Origin: an uncultured Parachlamydiaceae bacterium
Lineage (GTDB): Bacteria; Chlamydiota; Chlamydiia; Chlamydiales; Parachlamydiaceae
Direction of reading: 5' to 3'
DNA: 64,000 nucleotides
NCBI GenBank assembly: GCA_963742415.1
Contig: CAVULX010000001.1
Span: forward strand, 1 to 64,000
Shown: piece by piece, positions 29,601 through 39,532 of the stretch
Numbering within the stretch: position 1 is the first letter of the stretch
Layout of the letters: the number at the start of each line of letters is the position of its first letter
The notes under the pieces: model-generated
What the model saw: only the letters and a program-made list of their open reading frames with translations
The model's database searches: none
Told to the model about the DNA's origin: nothing
Program-made: the position numbers and the translations under genes

Positions 29601-30664
29601 TTCCCATTTGGCGCCTCGGCTCGTATGCGATCAAATTGGGTGAAAGCATTTGATTTGACAAATTCAAACATTTGTTCTGATTGAAAAACGTACGTACACG
29701 CAAGGCGATTTAGCCAAGAAAAAAGAAAAAGTGTACTTTTAACGTTGCTATATTCTAAATCGATCTCCTTGTAAAAATCACCGAGTTGTATGCCCGTTAT
29801 TTTTACCCCTTTTAACCATGGAATGTCCTCTCCTTCCACTTCAATTACAGAGACCGCTTTTTCCTTCCCAAAACGATTTCGAGGTTCAGACAAATAATCA
29901 ACAACATTTTTGAAAGATGGCTGGGTGATAGACGAACGGTCATCAAAACATATTTTTAAAGTCAATTTTTCATGATGAAGTGAAATCAAATAATTAATGA
30001 TTCCATCTTCGGCAGGTAGACTAGCAATATTATTCCCTTGATTTTCATCGACTCTCATGTCTATGAAAGTATCAACATCATCAACTTCTCCATCGATATG
30101 AGAAGAGTCTATCTTTTGAATATAGGCATGGTATTGCGGCCCTAATTTTTCTAACGAGTGCTGAAAAGCTTTAGATCCTAGAGCTTTTGCTCCGCTTGAC
30201 CCGTGCCAACGGATGCTTTTAAGAGGGGGGGATGAGAACTCCCTCTGATTTTTTGTGATATATAAAAAGTCATGATAGGAAACCGTTAAAGAATATTCTT
30301 TACATGGCTTTCTTTTTGGGTCTTTGCCAAAAGGAAAAACCAACGTTTTTCGAAATAGATTTTCCTGTGCAGCGTAAATCTCTTCTGTCGGTTCACAAAT
30401 TGTTTCTAAGCGTACATTTTTCTTGAAGGCATAGTTTTCGTCTGTTTGACCATCGCTTTTAAGTTTTATACACAGTGCATCTTCTTCTCGTACATCATCC
30501 TCTTCCGACAAGTCATCAAGCTGTTTTCGAGGCAGGCTTGCTGGGGGAGTTTGTGAAGAGGGTAACTCATCTTTCTCCAATCTTGTGTTCGCTGTGAATT
30601 TACAATTTTCCATTCCAGGATAATGATGTCTGGGGGAAGTTTGTGTAGAACCTGTTGGATTCAT
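23624..30664 (-). CDS. Giant 2346-aa paralog of the adjacent gene
   Basis: Collinear over the full length, including the identical block CYVSKVRKKRVAFQGISLDLLPRLNGVKT; SIRWHGSS...DDVDTFI...HDIILCYV. Confidence 0.6.
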   Translation of the reverse strand: MNPTGSTQTSPRHHYPGMENCKFTANTRLEKDELPSSQTPPASLPRKQLDDLSEEDDVREEDALCIKLKSDGQTDENYAFKKNVRLETICEPTEEIYAAQENLFRKTLVFPFGKDPKRKPCKEYSLTVSYHDFLYITKNQREFSSPPLKSIRWHGSSGAKALGSKAFQHSLEKLGPQYHAYIQKIDSSHIDGEVDDVDTFIDMRVDENQGNNIASLPAEDGIINYLISLHHEKLTLKICFDDRSSITQPSFKNVVDYLSEPRNRFGKEKAVSVIEVEGEDIPWLKGVKITGIQLGDFYKEIDLEYSNVKSTLFLFSWLNRLACTYVFQSEQMFEFVKSNAFTQFDRIRAEAPNGNTTREIKNWIRLVCKSTDGGFHDIILCYVSKVRKKRVAFQGISLDLLPRLNGVKTIAIKGTLQALFDKYNRLIRWVNLDYAKPTDYAIYWMLIANQYRCVLEDTQDKLLKIFIKHCSRYSTSAQAFITVIKERLDKRSTIKPDLNFAFIFNALGHLPSSRFSSVEIFQILKHLNSYVFSHSLPALPPSLNLLASPLFNKKVNIKTLMALLQLLAWHHRLGSKSERSLAPLKAHPTFHGRVQVVIEGRGFTFASDLVQAFDAFLEAYLAAKEIKDEKGLNAISQILSHFRRTNPYYFDENLDIPKLFRNVDHEKLVSLAEKALKSNDAELFKQGYILLLFCFAMKPAKEYWIALLRHFPGILQHEKNVVLRKTILSILEKNIKKFLPDLQNKELEFLLAKLKVLCENSAFDSQVIFGIFFETVLRVNHKELNQIIFNSWDFFVSSINLQKLKKKAQTLLSVASSKVCLKVIKTLEKVWTSQEFAAAIGKAGSVLFKSTQSLLEEIQNIHTIFSLMQKCLKKNPNLKSQFEPLVAGWVYAQYKQKKVEKALEMVWMAMTHDCFFLEPLCQAAKIYLQQEDSNLNDVEQCLGALISAYQADNTSERGELYLDLFIFLSQQNKGKYPEIQETVEVHCQNLILKGENKTKLLIELKSKGLLQNPSAILFKIIEDRFQHGDLEAAVNVWNEGKDGNVWDQLDFSLHETFFSNFIERLFASNRKDFLQLAETLYLFLKEKCPNTNSENVFKQHLQKEQGIKLRQECTIKKAKKTIEETLKNINLKDQAEVASSKAFIKTWLLNLIRANDARRKEAVQLLQNPLVHSLYGKYPLEFIALCQSFVSESIRLDPKHGLNQYILILNQFFQKQPIVSLDKVEVALLKFLKSIEKDLKEEDLLSSLEMLVTMKSVYLPLWVLIVTPLSLDKKENVDEEKNSNTPKNGASKKAFEYVDKVLREHPKICDHNKYPDWFELEILRGRLLADLYATEPEAYKSRVIETFTTLQDEKGEINQRFKQYNLFERRLSHFFFSFLTKIDKPNFKILIKDFQETVKGCVQKLDGFFKKNPEDNIKIGIVIAYSKILMRCGKESFMRACQLIKKALNDPQLLKDEKNIEAMNFNIVSLFYYKCSQFLEGADIISSLQEIVALYDKTLIYHTDPCYLMEILSGFSEETYIFWAGKLALSRFKKIHLYKSRINDQQFKAGINLIYLALIEKLRKSSDEQIQKVFNELIRHPELKQVVGEKEWNKMRSKVIATREFKGKVPRNAVPAKIPQTNEGNLFQQVLNSVVESADKPSSSLQKVQVDLSNLRVATATNPLLKFFTTNHDLELFAQTFWSLLKKFKEDHFFPQQGSKREALIVTQKEAPKFAKEINKLKAYCGQDNIYKLVSLIPVLNTVMYVYIEYLYNFYQINFKKDLDIEKLDVQKQRMISDKIRKGETFISSYFFPETSQDYETIILKAMDSFTDNSKELQNNATTGTPIDTYRLPLFMCYVWFHIQKFISLYPKQIDSILKLYSAFLHYEPFTTKEIEELHYKLCHLVIPQDFLSTMAAAYSHKPEELLNPQEFFLFQLMFYGTEDFSISFSSKEKKELIWEHLEVLLNHSCVFCNARAYKIIQENILRDTSLFGSNPYKFCLFVAELLTYVINDPIQETYYRLDELVNLISLLTTQVPLILVKKLEDNDQEKLAQWRSQRLELWKSLLGVYRQAINNSKIEPLFRNENKSLQITALAFLSMAKLIDKKQENSFEAELKEFAPLISDWHNHNIPLLNEKIKLVVIENADSEWKKGCINKGIFTYKLYYAETLQDVWGALGASRGKEWKEVSKKIFTDVMDALLNDKTQLEDPYHLQMALSTLRIGFQSGCFAGDYLSFITYADVVLTALCVKRSDSKVLHKESPSESLKWSVSSPVIVLNPLIEEILLEEMEDTQPLQQIEKQKRVDAVLKWFRAIHEHAQAMPFMAVTHDLKKHLLNPILQGIFNGFPKKYQELLQITCTEQLEKNN

Positions 30665-30879
30665 AAGAATTGTTCACCTTTATTAGAATATTTTTTAACT
30701 TGTATCAATTTTCAACAGGCTCTTATGATTAATCTATTTTTTATTAATTGTAAATTAAAATATTTTTTAAAACTTAGTTAAACTAACTATTTTATATTTA
30801 TTTTTTTTCAAAACCAGATTTGTTGTTATAAAAATCGATACAAATTATTATACAAGATTTCAAATGGAGAGACCATCCA

Positions 30880-32355
30880 ATGCTTTGCACAGTCATCAAA
30901 GGACCTACAATCAAAGAGGCTTATCACCAAATCCAAAAGGCACAGCATGCAAAGGCAAATCTTGTTGAGCTGCGCCTTGACTTCTTTGAAGATCTCAACA
31001 TTTCATCCTTAAAGAATTTGAGATCGTCTTTTTCTATTCCAATGATCTTTACATTGCGCGAAAAATCACAGGGGGGATCTTATCGAGAAACCGAAGAAGC
31101 ACGTTTTAAAATACTTCATCAAATAGCCTCTCTAAAGCCAAATTACCTCGATATTGAAAGCCATGTTCCCGATCCCTTTTTTACTGAATTGTCCAGGGCT
31201 AATCCTGAAGTCAAATTTATCGTTTCTTTTCATGATTTTACTCAAACTCCCAAGGACTTGGATGCCCTTTATCATCTGATGAAAAGTAAAGCTGCTTGTT
31301 ATTACAAAATTGCCGTTCACGCAGCTCAGAGTGTCGATGCTATCCGATTTATGGAATGGGTGAAGAAAGGGGGAAAGCACGATGTCATTGCCGTGAGCAT
31401 GGGAGTTCAAGGTCAAATCAGTCGAATCCTAGCTCCTATTTTTGGAAGCAAGCTCACCTATGCAGCGCTAGAACAGGAACAACAAACTGCCCCTGGGCAA
31501 TTGACGATACACGATATGAACGAACTTTATTCTTTCCCTTCCCTCCATTCCCAAACAAAACTGTACGGCCTGATTGGCGACCCCGTAGAACAAAGCATCA
31601 GCGCCATTACCCATAATCACTTGATCCGCACACGTAATCTAGAAGCTGTTTACGTCAAAATGCAAGTGAAGCCCTCAGAATTGCCCGAATTTGTTCAGCT
31701 GGCTAAAAAGCTTCATTTCAACGGACTCAGTGTGACCATGCCTTTGAAAGAGGCGATCCTCCCCTTTCTAGATGAGATCGACCCCCAAGCGGAAAAAATA
31801 GGGGCTGTAAATACTCTTGTTTTTGAAAAAAATGGAAATATCAAAGGATATAATACAGATGCCCCCGGAGCTCTTAACGCCCTTGAAGCGATGTCTGCAG
31901 TTAAAGGAAAACAGATCATTCTGATCGGAGCAGGAGGAGCAGCCAAAGCCATTGCTTATGAAGCATTCCGGAGGGGAGCTAACGTGACGATTCTAAATCG
32001 GAGTGTGGATAAAGCTCATCATCTTGCAAGATCGTTAAACTGCCAAGGAGACTCCCTTGAGAAAATGTCTTTCTATTCCAAAAGGGGATATGACATCTTG
32101 ATCAACAGTACTCCTATCCCCATGCCTATTGATCCAAAAGATCTTTTGGAGGGTAAATTAGTCATGGATATTAAGACTCGGCCCAAAGAGACCCTTTTGT
32201 TAGAACACGCACGAAAAAAAGGGTGTCAAATTGTTTATGGTTACCAGATGTTTGTCGAACAAGCGGTAGGGCAATTTTTATTGTGGTTTAAAGATAGTTT
32301 GGATGCTAGCGGGGTGAAGAGCATTCTTGAACAAAAAGCACTCTCTTGCCTATGA
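30880..32355 (+). CDS. aroDE: Bifunctional type I 3-dehydroquinate dehydratase / shikimate dehydrogenase
   Basis: VELRLD, SFHDF, APGQ; GLSVTMPLK, GAVNT, NTD, GAGGAAKA. Confidence 0.93.
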   Translation: MLCTVIKGPTIKEAYHQIQKAQHAKANLVELRLDFFEDLNISSLKNLRSSFSIPMIFTLREKSQGGSYRETEEARFKILHQIASLKPNYLDIESHVPDPFFTELSRANPEVKFIVSFHDFTQTPKDLDALYHLMKSKAACYYKIAVHAAQSVDAIRFMEWVKKGGKHDVIAVSMGVQGQISRILAPIFGSKLTYAALEQEQQTAPGQLTIHDMNELYSFPSLHSQTKLYGLIGDPVEQSISAITHNHLIRTRNLEAVYVKMQVKPSELPEFVQLAKKLHFNGLSVTMPLKEAILPFLDEIDPQAEKIGAVNTLVFEKNGNIKGYNTDAPGALNALEAMSAVKGKQIILIGAGGAAKAIAYEAFRRGANVTILNRSVDKAHHLARSLNCQGDSLEKMSFYSKRGYDILINSTPIPMPIDPKDLLEGKLVMDIKTRPKETLLLEHARKKGCQIVYGYQMFVEQAVGQFLLWFKDSLDASGVKSILEQKALSCL

Positions 32356-32500
32356 ACAAGATAAGCAGGATCGTAAACGGCAGGATAAGCAGGATAAAAA
32401 AATGTGGGCATCGCCAAGACGATGCCTAACAAAGCGGCGTCAAGCCGCCGTACTCCATTATCCTGTTTATCCTGCCGTTTACGATCCTGCTTATCTTGTT
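32355..32500. repeat. Inverted repeat with 43-bp arms and internal REP-like hairpins, between convergent aroDE and rho
   Basis: aacaagataagcaggatcgtaaacggcaggataagcaggataa pairs with 32458-32500 (1 mismatch); internal ggcatcg-N6-cgatgcc and gcggcgtcaagccgc. Confidence 0.9.
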
Positions 32501-32505
32501 TCTTT

Positions 32506-33892
32506 TTAGTCTTTCATGGAAAGAAGGAACTCAACGTTGCTGTTGGTCTTCTTCAGCCGGCCCAAAAGCAAATTCATCGCATCCACAGGCGCCAGATCTG
32601 CAATCGCTTGCCGCAACAGATAGATTTTTTCCAGTTCGTTCGGATGATAAAGAAGTTCTTCTTTACGTGTTCCGCTCTTAACAAGATCGATGGCAGGGAA
32701 AAGGCGCCGATCAGCCAAACGGCGATCGAGAACAAGCTCCATGTTGCCTGTTCCCTTGAATTCTTCAAAGATCACCTCATCCATTCTCGATCCGGTATCG
32801 ATCAAGGCAGTCGCAATAATCGTCAGCGAGCCGCCCTGCTCGATATTGCGTGCTGCTCCAAAGAAGCGTTTCGGCTTATGCAATGCATTGGCATCGATAC
32901 CACCGGTCAAAATTTTGCCGGAATGGGGCTGTATGGTATTGTAAGCACGCGCAAGACGGGTAATCGAGTCCAGAAGGATGACGACATCGTTGCCATGCTC
33001 GACAAGCCGGCGGGCTTTTTCGATCGCCATTTCGGCCACCTGGACGTGCCTTTCTGGAGGTTCATCAAAGGTAGATGAGATCACTTCGCCTTTGACGATG
33101 CGCTGCATGTCGGTCACCTCTTCCGGACGCTCGTCAATCAGCAAAACAATCAAAACAATTTCAGGGTTGTTGGTAGCAATGGCATTGGCAATATTTTGAA
33201 GGATGATCGTTTTACCTGTACGTGGAGGAGCGACAATTAATCCCCGTTGCCCTTTTCCGATAGGAGCCGCCAAATCGAGGACGCGTGTCGTGAGGAGCTC
33301 TTTCGTCGTCTCCATGACAATGCGTTTATTGGGATAGAGCGGCGTCAGGTTTTCAAACAAAATTCGCTCACGCGCTTTTTCGGGAGATTTCCCATTGATC
33401 TTATCGACTTTCAGCAGAGCAAAATATTTTTCTTTTTCCTTCGGAGGACGGATGGTTCCGCAAAGAGTGTCCCCTTTTTTCAAGTCAAAGCGGCGGATCT
33501 GAGCCGGAGAAACGTAGATATCTTCAGCGGAAGGAAGATAATTGTAGTTCGGCGAGCGTAAAAAACCAAACCCATCAGGCAGGATTTCAAGGACCCCTTC
33601 GCCATAAAGCACCTCGTTGGGATTTTCTGAAATCGCTTTGACGATTTCAAAAACCATTTGAGATTTTGTTAAAGAACCTAGATGCTTTAGGCCGATTTTC
33701 TTTGCCGAATGCATTGAGCTGGTCGATATTCATCCGTTGAATTTCGGCAATTTTGATAATGGTCCCTTGGGGGCGCTCGGGTGAAGCCTCTGCCAATGGG
33801 GGGGCTTCAGCGCCCTCGCCTCTCTCGGGTGCAGCCACGTTGTCTTCAGAAGCTGCTGAGCTTTCAGGGTATGATGGATTATCGGGATTCAT
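32506..33892 (-). CDS. rho: Transcription termination factor Rho; frameshift near 33712, probably a sequencing error
   Basis: [45 protein letters not shown]. Confidence 0.97.
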
Positions 33893-33937
33893 TCAGGATC
33901 AACTCCTCAGTTATTGGTTAAAATGGTCATTGAGTGG

Positions 33938-34549
33938 TTAAGAAATAACCAGTTTGTGATAAATGGTGACAACAGCTTGCCGCAAGTCTTCCAAGCTGCC
34001 ATCATTGTGGATGACAAAATCAGCTTTTCTAGCTTTTTCTTGCATTGGTAAACTGTCTGTGCCATCCGTTTTTTCAAATTCTTTGATTTCATATCCGGTG
34101 CTTTTTATAAAACGATCTTGGCATCTTTTTTCCTCTGCAGTAACGACAATGACATCATCGTAGTCCACCATGATTTCGCTTTCAAAAAGAAGCGGAATTT
34201 CAGCCACGAAGAGCTTAAAGCGACCTTCTTGACATACCTTTTGATAGCGAGCTTCGATTTCATGGCGAACTGCAGGATGCAGTAATCTTTTCAAGGAAAT
34301 TCAATAAATTCGGGTCGTTAAATACCTTTTTTGCGACTTTTGAGCGGTCTATATGATTATTGCACAACGATATCAGAACCAAGCAGACCTAATGACTTCT
34401 TGACCAAGATCTGTTTCAGGAGACAATAGTTGATGAACTATCTCATCAGCACTAACGACATAGGCGCCAAATTCTTTAAAGATACGGCAAACCGAGGATT
34501 TACCGCATGAAAGACCGCCTGTTACGGCCACTTTTCTTAATTTTAACAT
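33938..34549 (-). CDS. coaE: Dephospho-CoA kinase; frameshifted in this assembly
   Basis: VAVTGGLSCGKSSV, SADEIVH, LLHPAV, AEIPLLFE, ADFVIHNDG. Confidence 0.9.
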
Positions 34550-37223
34550 TCTTTCCAATTTTTGCCAATAGCGATATCAACAACTAATGGCACTTTTAGC
34601 TTAAATACATTTTCCATCGCTTCTCGCACCAACGGCTGAAAATCGATCAATTCAAAATCAGGCACTTCAAAAATTAATTCGTCGTGAATCTGTAAGATCA
34701 TGTAGCCCAGTTTTTTATGTTTATGAATCAGGGCAGTCAATTCTCAGCATCGCCATTTTTATTAAATCGGCCGCCGTCCCTTGAAAAGGGGTGTTGACAG
34801 CTAACCGTTCAGCTTGAGCCCGCAACATGGCATTATTGCTATGAATTTCGGGAATGAGCCTTTCCCTCCCTGTATAGGTAACGGCTTTTCCTGTTTTCCG
34901 GGCCTGATCTTTACACATTTCTAAAAATTCTTTTACTCTTTTAAAGCGATGGAAATACGTTTCGATAAAAGCGCGCCGCTTCCGCCGGTTTAATGCCCAG
35001 TTCTTGTGAAAGCCCAAAAGCCTGTTGTCCATAGATGATCCCAAAATTGACCGCTTTAGCATTTTGCCGCTGCTCTTTAGTCACCTCCTTCAAAGGGATA
35101 TTATATATGGCTGCAGCGGTATGCGCATGGATGTCTTCGTTATTTTTAAAAGCTTCAATTAAATTTGGGTCTTCGCTCAAATGGGCTAAAAGCCGTAGTT
35201 CAATTTGCGAATAATCTGCTGACAAGTAACTCCAACCAGCTTTTTCAGGGCGAAAAGCCTCGCGGATCTTTCGGCCGGCTTCGGAGCGCACAGGGATATT
35301 TTGCAAATTGGGATCTTGACAGGAGAGCCTCCCAGTGGCTGCCACAGACTGATTAAAGGTGCAGTGGATCCGGTGTGTTTTGGGATTGACTTCTTCCGGG
35401 AGGATATCGACATAGGTGGAGCGCAATTTTTCCAATTTCCGATACTCCAATATCTTCCCGGCAATCGGATAATCATGAATCAACAATGACAAGATCTCTT
35501 CGCCAGTTGATAAATCCTTCGAGCGCCGTTTTGGATAGGGAATTTTCAAAGTATCAAATAGGACTTTTTTTAACTGAAGAGGGGAGTTGATGTTGAATTC
35601 CATTCCGGCAAGGTTATAAATGTCTTTTTCAAGAACTTCCACCTCTTTTTAATCTCATAGGAAGTTTTTTTAAGGAGGGGAACATCAAGAAAGATCCCTT
35701 GCCTCTCCATCCCTGCTAAGACAGACATAAGGGGCAGTTCAAGAGTAAAAAATAACTTGTCCAACTTCCTTTCATACAATTGTTTTTCTAATAAAAGTTT
35801 TAAACGGCAAGTGTAATCGACATCTTCACAGCAATAGTCTTTGACCTTTTCTATCGGCACCTCTCTCATGCTGATCTGTTTTTTCCCCTTTCCTATCAGA
35901 TCGGTGATCGGGATTTTCACTTTGCCGAAGTTTTCTAGCGACAAGGCATCTAAAGAGTGCTGCCGATGATGCGAATTCAAAACATAGGAAGCCAGGATCG
36001 TATCAAAACAGATATTTTTTATATTGATCCCATAATTGGCGAGGAGATGGTAATCGTATTTCACATTATGGCCGTAAAAGCCGATGTGGGAATTTTCAAA
36101 GAGTGGTTTGATCCCTTTGAGAACATGTTCTGAACCTAAAGTTCCATTGAGCGGAACATACCAAGCTTTTTTTGGTTCAACACCGAAGCCTATCCCCACA
36201 AGCTCCGCAAGGACCGGCCTGAGATCGGTCGTTTCGGTATCAAAACAAACCTCTTTTTGCGTAGAAAGATAAGCTAAAAGCTCTTTAAAGGATTCTTCAT
36301 CGTCGACAAGATGGTACTCTTCCCCTTTCTCATGTTTCTCTTTTTCTGACGAGGGCCTCATGAGGTCTATCTCTTTGATTAAGGAATTAAAGTTCATCTC
36401 GGAAAAAAATTCTTTTAAAGACTCGATATCGGGTGTTTTCAAAGCAAAAAATTCAGGTTCTTTCGGAAAATCGACAGATGTATCTATCGTGACTAATTGA
36501 CGGCTCAAAAGGGCTTTGTCCTTTTCCAGAGAAATGGTTTCCTGTTTTTTTTTGCCCGGAACTTCTTCCGGATGCTCTAAAATATAATCTAAACTGCCCA
36601 GCGTATTTAAAAGCTCCGCAGCTGTTTTGGGTCCAAAACCGGACAATCCCGGCATGTTATCTGAGCTGTCTCCCACGATGGCCAGATAATCGACCATTTT
36701 TTCAGGGGGCACTCCATGTATTTGCTCAACCTCTTTGGCATCTATGAGCTGATTGTCTTTATTGGTATTTAAGATCACAATGTTCTCGTCGACAATCTGA
36801 CACATATCTTTATCGCCTGTGCACAAGTACACCTTAGCACCTAAGTGGGAAGCCCACTTAGCCACACTGCCCATCACATCATCCGCTTCAGCCTCAGGCA
36901 CATTAAGAAGAGGGAGCCCCATCTATTGCGCAAAATTCCTGAGCCCAATCGATTTGATGTCTCAAATCAGACGGCATGGCCAGACGATGAGCTTTATACT
37001 CTGGGTAGATAGCCAGCCTTTTCTGGGCATTGCGCGGTCCATCAAAAACCGCAACGATATGGTCTGGATGGAAATCTTTTATTATTTTCAAAATCGAACG
37101 GATAAAGCCAAACAAGGCATTCGTCGATTCCCCTCTGGCATTTGTCATATTCCGAATGGCGAAATAATTTCGATAGACATAACCCGAGGCATCAATGATG
37201 TAAATGTTTTTCATTTTTACCAT
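34543..37223 (-). CDS. polA: DNA polymerase I; split by about 4 frameshifts
   Basis: IIDASGYVYRNYFA, EADDV, CFDTETT, TGRLS..PNLQNIP, ADYSQIELR, AKAVNFGIIYG, QIHDELIFE. Confidence 0.95.
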
Positions 37224-37386
37224 GAAACAAAGACCCTATGACAAATGACATTAGTTTATTTTTTCTCAATTTTATACACAATTGAATTCAAAAGTTGACA
37301 AAATCACAAAAAATCCAGTATGCATAAAAATTGAATAAGGAAATATCAATTAAATCAAGAAAATAACTTTAAACCAAGGGAAAACA

Positions 37387-38379
37387 ATGTTCAAATTAAA
37401 AAAAATGTTTTCCATGATCGTGCTCCTGACCACAATAGGGTCGGGGTTATCCTATGCGGATGACTGTGGCTGCTTCGATCCATGGAACAATTTAAGCCTT
37501 TCATTAGGTTGGCGTAGAGATGATATAAAGACATCTGTCGATTCGGAAATTCCTCCTGCAGCTCCTTTTTTCAGAGACACTTTGAATGCAAAACGTCTTG
37601 ATGTTTGGGAGGTTGGTGGACAACTCCATCTGACTATCCCGCACTTCGATTGTTGCTGCTGTGACGATTGGTGGTGGCTGGATCGATTTTATGTTCGCGG
37701 TTCTGCCTACCGAGGCTGGATTAGCAACGGAAAATATACAGAAAGCTTTACCAACCTCAATAGAGGAAGAACTACTCACGAAACTGCAAAAATTCATAAG
37801 GGGCGTACGGTGGATGGCACCGTTGGCTTAGGATTTTTATATCCGGTTTGTGAAAATTTTGCTGTTGGGCCTGTAGGAGGTTGGTCTTATGATCAAGTTA
37901 GATTCAGCTTGAAAGATGCGAAGTTTCGAGGGATCGACGATCCTGTCTTGGATGGTCTTACCTATACATCGACATGGAGAGGTCCCTGGGTTGGAGCTGA
38001 CCTGGCCTACAATTGGTGTGTCTGTGATTGCTGGAATATTAGACTTGAAGGGGGATATGAATATCACTGGGCTAACTGGAGAGGAACTTGGAAGTTAAAA
38101 GGACCAGATATCACGCCTTGTATCGCTTTCTCAGACCACCGTCATTCCGATGATGCATGGGGGCAAGTCGGCTACATAAACGCCTGGTGGAACTTATGTG
38201 ATTGCTGGGATGTTGGCCTGGGTGTCAAATACCAATACTGGAAAAGCAAACGTGGAGGCGTACACCCAGACGAAGGTACGTTTGCTTCACAAGGTTGCAG
38301 ACGCAATCAAGAGGCTAGAATCAAAGATAACATTTGGCGTTCTTTGGGAGTAACCTTCGACATTGGTTACACTTTCTAA
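37387..38379 (+). CDS. Cysteine-rich outer-membrane beta-barrel protein
   Basis: Signal peptide, amphipathic strands, C-terminal IGYTF, 14 Cys counted. Confidence 0.75.
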   Translation: MFKLKKMFSMIVLLTTIGSGLSYADDCGCFDPWNNLSLSLGWRRDDIKTSVDSEIPPAAPFFRDTLNAKRLDVWEVGGQLHLTIPHFDCCCCDDWWWLDRFYVRGSAYRGWISNGKYTESFTNLNRGRTTHETAKIHKGRTVDGTVGLGFLYPVCENFAVGPVGGWSYDQVRFSLKDAKFRGIDDPVLDGLTYTSTWRGPWVGADLAYNWCVCDCWNIRLEGGYEYHWANWRGTWKLKGPDITPCIAFSDHRHSDDAWGQVGYINAWWNLCDCWDVGLGVKYQYWKSKRGGVHPDEGTFASQGCRRNQEARIKDNIWRSLGVTFDIGYTF

Positions 38380-38404
38380 CCGTCGTTTATCTACCTATTG
38401 TTTT

Positions 38405-38432
38405 AAAGGGGGCCTCTCGGCCCCCTTTTTTT
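38405..38432 (+). terminator. Intrinsic terminator
   Basis: aaagggggcc-tctc-ggcccccttttttt between convergent genes. Confidence 0.85.
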
Positions 38433-38444
38433 GCCCTTGCCAGG

Positions 38445-39485
38445 TTATCCTCGGTACAGATACAGATATTTGCCTGACAAGGCCGGGTTTAACTCTTGGG
38501 GCCATTTGATTTCATGTTTAATGCTCCCTGTGATAAGGCTGGAAGCGGTTTCCCCAGCAAGAAAACTACTTAACCACGACTTACCGGATAATTGCACGAC
38601 CTGATACTGATCATCTTCGATATTAAGATCCTTAAGAAGCTCTTTTAAAGTTTGTTCCCGGCTGTAATTGCTGCTATCAATGAAACCATACTCCAGAGCT
38701 TTGTCGGCAAGGAATATATGGGCACCATAATCACTTACAAGCTTGTTTTCATCGACTAAGGGACGATTCGTGACAACAATATTGACAAATTTCTGATAGT
38801 AGTCATTGATGATGTTTTGCATATTCTCTTGCTCGCCAGGTTTCCAAGGACGCAAAGGATTCAATTCATCTTTTCCTTTACCTGCAATAAGTGTTAAGGC
38901 TTGGATTCCAATTTTATCGATGAGCTGAGAAAAATTTAGAAAAGAAGGAGTGGTGACCCCCACACTTCCGATGATGCTGACATCGCTGGCGTAAATTTTA
39001 TCGGCTGCGCAAGCCACATACATGCCGCCTGAAGCACAAAGTCCATCCACGTAGGCGTATATAGGCACTTTATATTGTTTTTTATAAGCCTTTAATGCTT
39101 CATAAATTCCATCGGCGTCCATCACGGTGCCTCCTGGAGACATGATATTGAGCAAAATGGCTTTCACACGATCTTTTTTGAGGGTGTCTTCCCGGGATTC
39201 AACTAAAAGCTGCCGGATCGTTTGCTGGGATAAACTTTCGATCCCGATAATGCCATTGATATTCACCTGAAGAATAACGGGGGTATCGCTGGACATGCTT
39301 TTACGGACACCTTCAGCATTAGGTAGAATTTCGACGCTGAAATTCGCTTCAGGCTCATTTTCGCTGGTGCTGAGCAGAAGGGAAAACACAATAATTAAAG
39401 CGACAAATCCCAAACCGATGCCGGTTATACTGAAGAGAGCAACCATAAAAGAGCGTAAAGCCGCATACAAAATCGAATCTCGCAT
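38445..39485 (-). CDS. sohB: S49 family peptidase (SppA/SohB)
   Basis: MSPGG, CASGGMYVA, GSVGV, GKGKD; near polA as in chlamydial gene order. Confidence 0.85.
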   Translation of the reverse strand: MRDSILYAALRSFMVALFSITGIGLGFVALIIVFSLLLSTSENEPEANFSVEILPNAEGVRKSMSSDTPVILQVNINGIIGIESLSQQTIRQLLVESREDTLKKDRVKAILLNIMSPGGTVMDADGIYEALKAYKKQYKVPIYAYVDGLCASGGMYVACAADKIYASDVSIIGSVGVTTPSFLNFSQLIDKIGIQALTLIAGKGKDELNPLRPWKPGEQENMQNIINDYYQKFVNIVVTNRPLVDENKLVSDYGAHIFLADKALEYGFIDSSNYSREQTLKELLKDLNIEDDQYQVVQLSGKSWLSSFLAGETASSLITGSIKHEIKWPQELNPALSGKYLYLYRG

Positions 39486-39532
39486 AAAAGACCTTTGTTA
39501 AACTATTTCCTCAATTTTTTATTTTTTCTTAG

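Noticed and set aside
32241-33078. ORFs 32241-32432, 32327-32509 and 32404-33078
   Set aside because: Translations of the palindrome and of antisense rho.
32506-37223. rho, coaE and polA as pseudogenes or programmed frameshifts
   Set aside because: Essential genes with intact motifs and clustered small indels; best explained by local sequencing error.
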